Shown here in pieces: positions 20,949 to 30,253 of a DNA stretch of 64,000 nucleotides; within the stretch, counting starts at the first letter, position 1; the number at the start of each line of letters is the position of its first letter. Location of the stretch: NCBI GenBank assembly GCA_963830915.1, contig CAWHOE010000034.1:44703-108702 (forward strand). The letters run 5' to 3'. The position numbers and the translations under genes are program-made. This DNA comes from a candidate division FCPU426 bacterium (GTDB taxonomy: Bacteria; Oederibacteriota; Muellerivitia; Muellerivitales; Muellerivitaceae). The notes under the pieces were generated by a model. The model ran no database searches, had not been told where the DNA came from, and saw only the letters and a list, made by a program, of their open reading frames with translations.

Positions 20949-22187
20949 GTGCGTATCCTTCTATTGGGAAATATTGGCTTTTTTAACCACAAGGATTTCG
21001 GTTTGGGCGGGATTGAGACGACCCTTCAGGCTTTGCGAAAATACTTAACCGCAGCCGGACATGAGGTCAAGATCGTCCATGTCGGGTTGGTGCCGGAGTC
21101 CTTCGAGAAAGAAGTGAACCCAGACCCCGACGTCCTATTTTTAAAAAAGCTCAATCCGATCAAGAAAATATGGCCGACTTTGTATATTAAAAAAGAACTC
21201 AGGGAGATCATAAAAAATAACCGTCCTGACGTGGTTTGGTGCCGAAATATCCAGTTGGGATTGGCGGTGGAAAAATTAGTGGATTGCCCGATCTTCCATA
21301 TTTTTCCCGAGTTGATCAGGATCGTCTATTTGTGGGATTTTTCGAAAGATAATATCCAGCCGACAACAAGGAGAAGCCTCAAGGGGTCGATCTTGGAGTT
21401 TTATAAATGGATCAGGCGTTTACCCCGACACTTATTTGAAAAACAGCAAGAAAGAAATGTGATCAAGAAATTCGGCTTGGTAGTATTCAGCGAGAAAATG
21501 CGGGAACAAATCCAAAAAACATATGGGATTTCCCCGGAAGCCGTTCACGTGATCCATCCCGGAGTTGACGAGAATAAATTCAACAAGGAAAGAGGGCGGG
21601 AACAATTCGGGGTCATTGAGAAAAAATATGGACTGCGGGAAGACCAAAAATTCATATTGTTCGTTGGTCGTCTGGTGGTCGGCAAGAATATCCCGCTCTT
21701 ATTACGGGCCATGGCCCTGACACAAGGGGAGAAACGGTTGGTGATCGTGGGGGATGGACCCCTTCGGGATAAATTGGAAACTTATGTTCGAGAGATCGGA
21801 ATGTCGACCCGGGTGCTGTTTGTGGGCCGACAGGACGAGTTGCTCGCCGGGTTTTATGCCATGGCCAGGGTTTTCGTCAATCCCTGTTTGAACGAGCCGT
21901 TTGGCCATGTGTTAATTGAGTCGTTATTTTGCGGCACGCCTGTTATAGGCATCCGATCGAATGGGTCCAAAACGGTGACGGCCATTGATGAAGTGACGGA
22001 TGGGGGAAAATTTGGAAGGCAAGTGGATGCCAATCCGGAGGCCATGGCCAAGGCGATCGACGAGATGATCTCTTTAAAAGATGAGGATTATAGGGCCATG
22101 TCGGAAAAAGGGATCGAGTCCGTACGAAACCGTTATAACTGGCCTAAATTCATCGAGCGAATGATGAACTTGCCGGCGCGGCCATGA
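20949..22187 (+). CDS. GT4 glycosyltransferase
   Basis: GGIET, VGRLVVGKN, EPFGHVLIESLFCGTPVI. Confidence 0.9.
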   Translation: MRILLLGNIGFFNHKDFGLGGIETTLQALRKYLTAAGHEVKIVHVGLVPESFEKEVNPDPDVLFLKKLNPIKKIWPTLYIKKELREIIKNNRPDVVWCRNIQLGLAVEKLVDCPIFHIFPELIRIVYLWDFSKDNIQPTTRRSLKGSILEFYKWIRRLPRHLFEKQQERNVIKKFGLVVFSEKMREQIQKTYGISPEAVHVIHPGVDENKFNKERGREQFGVIEKKYGLREDQKFILFVGRLVVGKNIPLLLRAMALTQGEKRLVIVGDGPLRDKLETYVREIGMSTRVLFVGRQDELLAGFYAMARVFVNPCLNEPFGHVLIESLFCGTPVIGIRSNGSKTVTAIDEVTDGGKFGRQVDANPEAMAKAIDEMISLKDEDYRAMSEKGIESVRNRYNWPKFIERMMNLPARP

Positions 22188-23056
22188 CTATTTCAGTCAT
22201 TCTGCCCGCTTACAACTGCGAGGATTGTGTTGAGCGCGCCATCGAAAGCGTCCTCGTTCAGGATGTTCCCGGGCTGGAATTCCTGATCCTGGATGACGGT
22301 TCCATCGATGGAACCTCTCGGATCATCCGAAAATATCGAAAATGGGCCCGAACTATAAGGCACAAAAACCGGGGTTTAAGCGCTACCCGCAATCGGGGCG
22401 TGGGGATGGCCCGCCATGATTACTTGGCTTTCATCGATTCCGACGATGAGTGGCTACCTGGAAAACTGAAGCATCAAATGGAGTTATTCCGGCGTTATCC
22501 CGAAGTGGCGCTCACCACGACCGGGTCGCGGTTTCACACGAAAGAGGGCAGGCTCACCCGGATCGAGCAAAGGGAATTCCACGGCAAGATGATCCCCCAA
22601 TTGGCCAAGGGTGACTACATCAATACCTCCAGCGTGATGGTCAAACGGGACGCGCTTCGGTTCTTCAAAAAACCTTTCCCCGAAAGTATCCGCTACGCTG
22701 AGGATTATGTTCTTTGGGTGCGTTTGGCGCTGCGTCATGAGTTCCACGCCAGTTCGGAGATCCTGGTCGAAACAAGGGCCAGTTCTCATGAGGATTTCCT
22801 GAGAAAGTACGACGAGAAAGATATGAGGATAGCCTATGGATTGATCCTGAAAGCGGTCGAGGGTCATTGTGGGAAAAGGGAAATAAAGCGGTTCCGCTCC
22901 CGTCTTCATTTCGAGTTGGCTTCCTTGCATGCCAGGAGAAAAGAATTGGGGGGAATGCTGGCGGAAATATTCACGGGTCTTTCTGAAAACCCATGGGATC
23001 TCAGCAATTCGTCTTGGTGCGTAAAAAACCTCATGAGATATTTCAACTTTTTATGA
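22184..23056 (+). CDS. GT2 glycosyltransferase
   Basis: SVILPAYN, DDGSID, RNRG, FIDSDD, AEDY. Confidence 0.92.
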   Translation: MTISVILPAYNCEDCVERAIESVLVQDVPGLEFLILDDGSIDGTSRIIRKYRKWARTIRHKNRGLSATRNRGVGMARHDYLAFIDSDDEWLPGKLKHQMELFRRYPEVALTTTGSRFHTKEGRLTRIEQREFHGKMIPQLAKGDYINTSSVMVKRDALRFFKKPFPESIRYAEDYVLWVRLALRHEFHASSEILVETRASSHEDFLRKYDEKDMRIAYGLILKAVEGHCGKREIKRFRSRLHFELASLHARRKELGGMLAEIFTGLSENPWDLSNSSWCVKNLMRYFNFL

Positions 23057-24348
23057 AAAACAAAAACTCGAAGGGAAATAACACAGGGATCTGGAGATGG
23101 ATGGGGTCGGACTTTTTTCAAAAAGTCGCCCTGATCACCACGAATCGCGGATTGGTGATGTTCCTGGGGTTCGTGATATCCATCATCCTGGTGCGGGTGT
23201 TAGGCCCGGAAGGAAGGGGTTTATACGTCACGGCCATGTCGACGGCCCAAATAGGGATCCTGTTGGGAAATTTGGGGCTCCAAGTACCTCACACCCTATT
23301 GATTTCACGGAATAAGAACACTTTGGGAAATTTGACCGCGAATAGTGTCGTGACCGGGATTGTGATCGGCGGCGGCGGAGCCGCGGTGGTGGGGGCTTTT
23401 TTCCTATTATTCCCTTCGATCCCTCCGGTTCATGGATGGTTGCTGGGGTTAAGTCTGACTTGGATCCCTTTCGGTGTCCTTTATTTCCTTTTGTTCAATT
23501 TGTTGATCGGGATCGATAACGTCAAGGGATGCGTCAAGATCGAATTGAGTTCGAAGACCCTCCAAATCTTAACGGTATCTTTATTGGCTTTTCTATTCAC
23601 CCCGCGCGTCGAGGTGTTTTTCGCCGTCGCCCTGACATTGGTGGTTGTGAGCTGTATTTGGCAGCTTTTCGAACTTCGAAAGGATTTCCAAGGTCGCTTT
23701 TCACCCTCGTACAATATTTTCAAAAAAAACCTTTCCCTGGGTTTGAAGTTCTACTTTGCGAACATCCTTTCCTTTCTTTTGATCAGGATCGATTGCCTGA
23801 TCGTGAAATATATGTTAGGCGCTGAGCAAACGGGATATTACTCGGTCGCCGCGAGTCTTGCCGATATCATCCCAATGGTCCCGAGCATGGTCGGGCTTAT
23901 ATTATTTCCGAAACTCTCCTCTTTGACCGATAAAGGAGAGAGGTGGAAGCTGGCACGCAAATCCCTATGGATCACTGGTCTGTTTCTGCTCCCTTGCGTA
24001 TTTCTCGCGTGGTTCTTGGCAGGACCGGCCATTGGGATGGTTTATGGTATTCGTTTTCTTCCTTCCGTCGACGCTTTCCGGATTTTGATACCCGGGATCT
24101 ATTTCATGGCACTCCAAATGGTGGCGGTCCAATTTTTGAAAAGTGAGGGGTATCCTTGGGAATTAGTTTTAAGTTGGGGAGCGGCGGTTTTGTTGAATGT
24201 CCTGCTGAACCTTTGGCTGGTCCCTTGTTATGGGATCGTGGGGGCATCCCTTAGTTCCACCCTCTGTTATGTCCTTATCTTTTTTCTCACGCTTTTCATC
24301 ATTCGGAATAGAGTGTCCGCTGATTTTTCGGAAAGGTTCGCTTCGTAA
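23053..24348 (+). CDS. Wzx-type polysaccharide flippase (third)
   Basis: RVLGPEGRG, RIDCLIV...GYYSVA, NLWLVPCYGIVGAS; ATG overlapping the previous TGA (ATGA) chosen. Confidence 0.9.
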   Translation: MKNKNSKGNNTGIWRWMGSDFFQKVALITTNRGLVMFLGFVISIILVRVLGPEGRGLYVTAMSTAQIGILLGNLGLQVPHTLLISRNKNTLGNLTANSVVTGIVIGGGGAAVVGAFFLLFPSIPPVHGWLLGLSLTWIPFGVLYFLLFNLLIGIDNVKGCVKIELSSKTLQILTVSLLAFLFTPRVEVFFAVALTLVVVSCIWQLFELRKDFQGRFSPSYNIFKKNLSLGLKFYFANILSFLLIRIDCLIVKYMLGAEQTGYYSVAASLADIIPMVPSMVGLILFPKLSSLTDKGERWKLARKSLWITGLFLLPCVFLAWFLAGPAIGMVYGIRFLPSVDAFRILIPGIYFMALQMVAVQFLKSEGYPWELVLSWGAAVLLNVLLNLWLVPCYGIVGASLSSTLCYVLIFFLTLFIIRNRVSADFSERFAS

Positions 24349-24369
24349 TCAAAGATTTAAGGGGAAATC

Positions 24370-25344
24370 ATGCCGACAAAACCAATTATTTCCGTCGTGA
24401 TCGAGACAGGTACCCGAGCCCTGACCGATTCCATATCCGTGGAAGAATCAGTCGGTCGACATCTGGAGGAGATCCGAAAATTTTCGAAGGGTCCGGAAGT
24501 GGAGGTCCTGTTTGTGGGGGCGCAACTCCCCCCGAACTCCTTGATGCAAAAAAACTGTCGATGTCTGAGTCTGCCCCAGGTGGGTTATTACGGATGGAAA
24601 AACGCCGGCGCGAAAGCCGCCCGGGGGAAGTACATCGCCTTTTGGGACAGTGATTGTCGGCCTGGCAAGGGTTACCTTAAAAAAGCGGTGGAAACCCTTG
24701 AAAAGAACCGGAGGCTTTGGGGAGTGACCGGTATAAGCCAATATGACGGTGATACTTATCTTACCCGGCTCAATACGGTTTTAAGTTTCGGTTATCTTTA
24801 CCAGGACGAGGATTTCACTACCGGCCACGCGGCCCTGTCCCACAATGTGGTGATCCGTAAGAGTAAGCTTCCCCAGGAGCCATTTGGACCATACTCTTAC
24901 CGCGTGGGAGGCGATTTTCATCTTACTCGCATGGCCGCCCGAGCGGGTCATCCCTTGAAATTGGTCCGGGAAATGCGGATATTTCATGAGGACCCCTCTT
25001 TTTCCCTGAGCGCCTTGTTGGAACGGCATTTGCGGGGAATATTCGAACCCCAATTGTTCAAGCCCCAGGGTTCGAGATTGGAGGTCATGGCTTTGGCTTT
25101 TCGCGGAGTAGCGGGGATGACCAAGGGTTGGATCGTGAAGGTCTTCACTTACGGAAAGAGGATGGAGTTTGGAACCTTCGACGCCATTCTTTCACTTCCC
25201 GTACTGATGGTTTATTCCCTCTTGGATCTGTTCGTTGTCATGGTAATGGTATTGTACCAACCGCTTTTGGATAAGCTGATCACGCACCATATCGGGTCCA
25301 AACCCGGAACCCCAAGCCCCTCCCCAAAGCTGGACCCCATCTGA
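24370..25344 (+). CDS. GT2 glycosyltransferase with hydrophobic C-terminus
   Basis: ISVVIE, KNAGAKAARGKYIAFWDSDC. Confidence 0.8.
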   Translation: MPTKPIISVVIETGTRALTDSISVEESVGRHLEEIRKFSKGPEVEVLFVGAQLPPNSLMQKNCRCLSLPQVGYYGWKNAGAKAARGKYIAFWDSDCRPGKGYLKKAVETLEKNRRLWGVTGISQYDGDTYLTRLNTVLSFGYLYQDEDFTTGHAALSHNVVIRKSKLPQEPFGPYSYRVGGDFHLTRMAARAGHPLKLVREMRIFHEDPSFSLSALLERHLRGIFEPQLFKPQGSRLEVMALAFRGVAGMTKGWIVKVFTYGKRMEFGTFDAILSLPVLMVYSLLDLFVVMVMVLYQPLLDKLITHHIGSKPGTPSPSPKLDPI

Positions 25345-25648
25345 ATGGGATGATTAGGTGTGTATTCTTTCCAGACCCGATGAACCGCTTGAAAAATGGA
25401 AAGTTTATTCGCTGGTCCAATGGATCATGGAAAATCGTCTTGACAGAAAGACCCGACGGTCCCTATTCCTGCCCCTGCTGACGGCTAACCGATAACCTTT
25501 ATTTTGCTTTTGAAGGTAGTTGCCATTATGTCCGAATGAAAATCAGGGGGAGAGTTATTAGTTCACTTAATAACTTCAAAACCAATGTGGCTAAAGTATA
25601 CTAATGGTCATTGAGACGTAGAATGTCAGCCACTCCAGGGAGCATCGA

Positions 25649-26793
25649 GTGATCATCGGGGTCGACGGAACTTGTTTCAGGGGGAGAGGACCGGCGCGGG
25701 ATGGTATTTGACCCGCTTGCTGGAGGCCATGTCCCATATCCTGGAAGAGGACAGGGTCTATGTCTGGATGAACAATCCCACGGCGGAAGAAAAAACCAGG
25801 GTGTCCGAGAACCGTTTCATCTCCCTCAGCGTGACCCATTATCCCTGGGCGGCGCTCAAACTCACCTGGAATACCCTGGGGACGCCTTCCATCGAGAATT
25901 TGATCGGCAGACCCGCGGATGTTTATTTTTACCCGAATTTCTTAACGGTCCCCCAAAAACAGGGAAAAAAAGTCATTTTCATCCACGACCTGACCTTCAT
26001 CACCAACCCGGACATGGTCCAACAGGATACCCTTAAAAATCTCGAGAACAATATGGGGAAACAAGGGGAAAAAGCCGACCTGATCCTGACCTGTTCGGAG
26101 TACAACCGTCAGGAAATATTGAAATATTTCCAGAGCCTGCCTGAATCCAAGATCAGGGTTGTGCCCCATGGGCTGAATCATGAATTCAGATTGCCCGCTC
26201 CCGCCGAGAAGATCCGGAGCGTCAAGGAACAATACCGTCTGCCCCATCCCTATTTCCTTTTTGTGGGGACCCTGGAGCCACGAAAGAATCTCCTGCGGTT
26301 GGTGCACGCTTTCCTGATCTTCAAGCAAAAGACCAAGTCGGACCATCAGTTGGTCCTGGCTGGCCCGAAGGGTTGGATCGGGGACGATTTCATGGATTTC
26401 ATCCTGGCCCCGCAAATGGTGGATAAGGTCCGCTGGCTGGATTATGTACAGGCCGAGGACTTGCCGGCCCTTTATACCGGGGCGGACGCGTTTTTATTCC
26501 CGTCCTTGAAAGAGGGATTCGGGATGCCGCTCTTGGAAGCGATGGGTTGCGGAGTGCCGGTCCTTTGTTCCAACGCGACGGCCATACCGGAAGTCGTCGG
26601 GGACGCCGCCTGGATGATCGATCCCAACAACGTGGGGGAGTGGGCCTCGGCCATGGAACGGGTGGTGAAGGAGCCGGCGTTCGCGGGAGTCCTCCGGGAA
26701 AAAGGAAGGACCCGGATATCCCTTTTCCAAATGGATAACACCGCCAAGCAGACTTTGGCCGCCCTTAAGTTGGCTTATCAAGCCCATGGCTAA
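25649..26793 (+). CDS. GT4 glycosyltransferase (MtfB-like); frameshift near the 5' end
   Basis: GTG 25649 gives MIIGVDGT, joining the ORF from 25672 (FQGERTGAGWY) if one base is restored at ~25671; IHDL, VGTLEPRKN, EGFGMPLLEAM. Confidence 0.88.
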
Positions 26794-27988
26794 AAAAAAG
26801 AAGCCCAGAGCCACGCCAAAAAAAAGGCGGAAGCAGACAAAAACCCTTACCCCGCCACTGTCCCGTTCCAAGACTTTTCCCCTGCTCCAACCTCCGCCGC
26901 CTTCCGCTTTCTCGCCCCAGGGGCCTGACCGAAAAGAACAACTCGCCAACGCCATGAGGGATCCCAAGGTTTCCGTGGTGATCGTCAATCATAACGGGGC
27001 CGACGCTCTTTGGAATTGTCTTTTCGCCCTGAAAACCCAGACCTTCCGCCCTGATGAGATCATCCTAGTGGATAACGCCTCCACGGACGGAAGCGTTCCT
27101 TTCGTCCGTCAGAATTACCCCCAGGTCGATATCCTGGAGTGCCAGGAGAATTTCGGATACGCCATGGGCTGCAATCTGGGGGCCAAGTGCGCCACAGGGG
27201 ATGTGATCGCCCTGCTGAACAATGATACGGTCGTCACGCCCGAATGGTTGGGACGCATGGTACAAACGCTGAAAGATGGCTGGCCGGAAGTCGGGGCCGT
27301 CGCTTCCGAAGTCAAACCGCTCCAGGAAACACAGGGATCAACCCAGGAAAACAACAATGTCCTCAATTTCCTCGGCCGACCGGCCCGTGGTTTTATGGAA
27401 AGGGAAGAGCAGGTCTTTTATCCCGAGGGCTGCGCCCTGGCTTATGTCCGTTTGTTGGCTCCGGAAGGACCCTTCGATGACGATTATTTCCTTTACCACG
27501 AGGATATCTACCTGGGTTGGAAACTCAGGTTGGGCGGCCTGCAGGTCATCAAGGCGTTGGACGCCAAGGTCTTTCATCAAGGAGGAGGAACGATGGCGGG
27601 CTTCCCTGGTTGGAGGGCTGTTTATTACGACCACCGGAATCGATGGTTGAACCTATCCTTGTTCCTGGAACGTGGGAATTTGATTAAGATTTTCCCCTGG
27701 GCCGCGATGGAATTGGCCGCGCTTCTGGTACGGGGACTTTTCACCTCGCCCGAGTTATTTCTCGGGGTATCGGCGGGATTTATCTGGATCCTAACCAGGG
27801 CAGGAGCGATCGCGAGAAAAAGGTCAGTCCTTCAAGAACGGCGGAAGATCGAGGACCAGGAGATCATGTGTTATATCAGCGGGAGAGTGGTACGGGATGG
27901 GGCTTGGTTCTCGAGGTTCCTTAATTTCGTCTCATTGACCTATTGCCGGGTCGTGGGATTGCCTGTCATGGAGTTTTCCAGGGATTGA
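26786..27988 (+). CDS. GT2 glycosyltransferase with basic, Pro-rich N-terminal extension
   Basis: VSVVIVNHN, VDNASTD, NFGYAMGCN, LLNND, YHED. Confidence 0.88.
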   Translation: MAKKKKPRATPKKRRKQTKTLTPPLSRSKTFPLLQPPPPSAFSPQGPDRKEQLANAMRDPKVSVVIVNHNGADALWNCLFALKTQTFRPDEIILVDNASTDGSVPFVRQNYPQVDILECQENFGYAMGCNLGAKCATGDVIALLNNDTVVTPEWLGRMVQTLKDGWPEVGAVASEVKPLQETQGSTQENNNVLNFLGRPARGFMEREEQVFYPEGCALAYVRLLAPEGPFDDDYFLYHEDIYLGWKLRLGGLQVIKALDAKVFHQGGGTMAGFPGWRAVYYDHRNRWLNLSLFLERGNLIKIFPWAAMELAALLVRGLFTSPELFLGVSAGFIWILTRAGAIARKRSVLQERRKIEDQEIMCYISGRVVRDGAWFSRFLNFVSLTYCRVVGLPVMEFSRD

Positions 27989-28078
27989 TATGTCGACACC
28001 CAAAAATCCTTGGTAAAAGGCGTTTTTGAGAGTAAACTTTTGGCCTTCAGACAGTCGTCAATCCGGAGGAGTGGAACC

Positions 28079-28414
28079 TTGTCCAAGATCGCTAAGAGAA
28101 ACTCTTCATTCATCGATGATCCCCAACGCTGTGAGATCTGCTCGACCTCCCTGACGCTCTATCCTAAGGATTTCATCCCCTGTCCTTGCTGCAAAAGGAC
28201 CATCTGCCGCCAGTGCTGGGGGGAAAGCTGGACCAATAAATCCTTTCCGTCCGAGAAATGCGCCCACTTGAACGAGAACGAGGGACTTTCGTCCGGAATG
28301 ATGGCCCAACGCGGCCAGGAGTTCGGTTGGGATTGGTATAAGATCGCCTTTGCCGGGGTCCTGATCCTTCTGGCCATCGGCATCCTGATCTTTTTGACCG
28401 GTCTATTCACGTAA
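28079..28414 (+). CDS. Small Cys-rich (putative zinc-binding) protein with C-terminal TM helix
   Basis: GGAGGAG RBS before TTG 28079; CxxC...CxCC...CxxC...CxH; C-terminal IAFAGVLILLAIGILIFLTGLFT. Confidence 0.65.
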   Translation: MSKIAKRNSSFIDDPQRCEICSTSLTLYPKDFIPCPCCKRTICRQCWGESWTNKSFPSEKCAHLNENEGLSSGMMAQRGQEFGWDWYKIAFAGVLILLAIGILIFLTGLFT

Positions 28415-28477
28415 AACATCGATTTCCCCGGCCATGACCGTAAGCTTCCTTTGTAAATCCTTCTAGAAGAGGTCTCC

Positions 28478-29582
28478 TTGAGGATCGCCATTGTCCATGA
28501 TTGGATGACCGGGATGAGGGGCGGGGAGAAGGTCCTGATGGCCCTGCTGGAATTGTTCCCCGACGCCGACCTGTTCACCCTGGTCTACGATCCTGAAAAA
28601 ATGGATCCCGCCATCCAAAATAGAAAGATCACCACCTCTTATTTGCAGAGACTGCCTTACGCGAAAACCCGCTATCAATATTACCTCCCTCTTTTTTGGG
28701 AGTTCACCAAGGGTTTCGACCTTTCCGGTTATGACCTGATCGTATCCTCCAGTTCGGCCTGCGCCAAGTGGGTGAGGAACCCGGATAACAAACTCCATGT
28801 TTGTTACTGCCATACTCCCATGCGTTATATCTGGGACCAGTTCAACGATTATTTCGGCAGCGGTTTCAACCCGCTGGTGCGGGCGGTCCGCCCGTATTTG
28901 CCGGCCTTATCTTCAATGGTGCGACCTGAAATCCAACGAGGGCGTCACCCACTTCATCGCCAATTCCACCGAGGTCCAGGGCAGGATCAAGCGGATCTAC
29001 GGCCGGGAATCGGAAGTCATCCATCCGCCGGTGGACGTGGATCGATTCAAGATGAACTGGGTGGAAGGGGATTACTTCCTGGTCCTTTCCGCCCTGGTGC
29101 CCTATAAAAAGGTCGATCTGGCGGTCAAGGTCTGTACCAAACGCAAATGGCCCCTTGTGGTGGTGGGGAAGGGCGGCGAGGAAAAAAGGCTCCGGAAAAT
29201 GGCGGGCCCCTGGGTCAATTTCAAGGGCTGGGCGCCGGAAGAGGATATCCCCAAGTATTTTTCCCATGCCAAGGCCCTGCTTTTCCCCGGTCGGGAGGAT
29301 TTTGGGATCGTTCCCGTGGAAGCCCTCGCATCTGGTTGTCCAGTCATCGCTTTTAGCGAAGGCGGGGTGAAGGACACACTGGAGGACGGGGTGACGGGTG
29401 TGTTATTCAATGAACAAACCGAGGAATCGTTGGAGAAAGCGATGGAAAGATTCCTGACCCTCAAATTCGATCCAGAAGTCCTCAACAAGAGAGCCCAGGC
29501 CTTTTCCAGGGCCCGATTCCTGTTCAAGACCCAGGTTTATTTTCGCAGGGTTTTTGGCATAAAACCGATAGGAGAAGAATAG
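28478..29582 (+). CDS. GT4 glycosyltransferase (WbaZ-like), one frameshift
   Basis: IVHDWMTGMRGGEKV, YCHTPMRY in one frame; ANS, LVPYKKVD, EDFGIVPVEA in the other; joined by removing one C at ~28888. Confidence 0.88.
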
Positions 29583-29720
29583 TCCACAGTCGACAGCTGA
29601 CAGTCGACAGAAGGCAGACAACAGACTACAAACGACAGTCGACAGAAGGCAGACAACAGACTACAAACGACAGTCGACAGACAAAAGACAACAGCTACCA
29701 GAACACAGCGGACAGATCGC
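29581..29720 (+). repeat. Left arm: 20 in-register heptamers, consensus AG-NNN-AC (AGTCGAC most frequent)
   Basis: Parsed directly: agtccac agtcgac agctgac agtcgac agaaggc agacaac agactac aaacgac agtcgac ... agcggac agatcgc; contains a perfect 35-bp tandem duplication. Confidence 0.92.
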
Positions 29721-29732
29721 AGAGGGTTCAAA

Positions 29733-30089
29733 ATGGCATCAGATCATGAAAAGTTGCTCGTTTGGCAAAAAGCGATGGAACTTGTCACAGAGATTTACGA
29801 AATCAGTCAAAAATTCCCAAAAGAAGAAATGTATGGTCTGACCAGCCAGATGAGGCGATCGGCGATCTCTGTGCCTAGCAATATCGCCGAAGGGAAAGGC
29901 CGGCACACGAATCCAGACTTCTCCCATTTTTTGATAAACGCCAGGGGTTCTTTGCTGGAACTTGAAACCCAAGTCCAAATCGCTGGTAATTTAGGGTTTA
30001 TTAAGAAAACAAAGGTCGATGAATTAAAAGAGAAAACAACGGAAATTGGTAAAATGCTCAATGGATTGATCAAGGCTCTCGAACAATAA
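29733..30089 (+). CDS. Four helix bundle protein (23S rRNA-IVP / Avd-like family)
   Basis: LLVWQKAMELV...FPKEEMYGLTSQMRRSAISVPSNIAEG...ARGSLLELETQ signature. Confidence 0.95.
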   Translation: MASDHEKLLVWQKAMELVTEIYEISQKFPKEEMYGLTSQMRRSAISVPSNIAEGKGRHTNPDFSHFLINARGSLLELETQVQIAGNLGFIKKTKVDELKEKTTEIGKMLNGLIKALEQ

Positions 30090-30096
30090 TCCTTGG

Positions 30097-30236
30097 GTTG
30101 GCTGTCGGTTGCCGTCTGCCTTCTGTCGACTGTGAGCTGTCGTCTGTCAGCTGTTGTTTATTGTCTGCCGACTATCATCCGTTGGCTGTGAAGTGTTATT
30201 CATTAGCTGTCGACCGTCGACTGTGAGCTGTCAGCT
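30097..30236 (-). repeat. Right arm: 20 in-register heptamers, consensus GT-NNN-CT (inverse of left arm)
   Basis: gttggct gtcggtt gccgtct gccttct gtcgact gtgagct ... gtcgact gtgagct gtcagct; 30114-30133 is the exact reverse complement of 29600-29619. Confidence 0.9.
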
Positions 30237-30253
30237 ATCCTTTGGGAGGTTCC

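Noticed and set aside
29537..29731. 64-aa minus-strand Cys/Val-rich ORF
   Set aside because: It is simply the translation of the heptamer arm.
29733..30089. Diversity-generating retroelement or rRNA intervening sequence
   Set aside because: The protein is Avd/IVP-like, but no reverse transcriptase, template/variable repeat pair or rRNA gene is present in the window.
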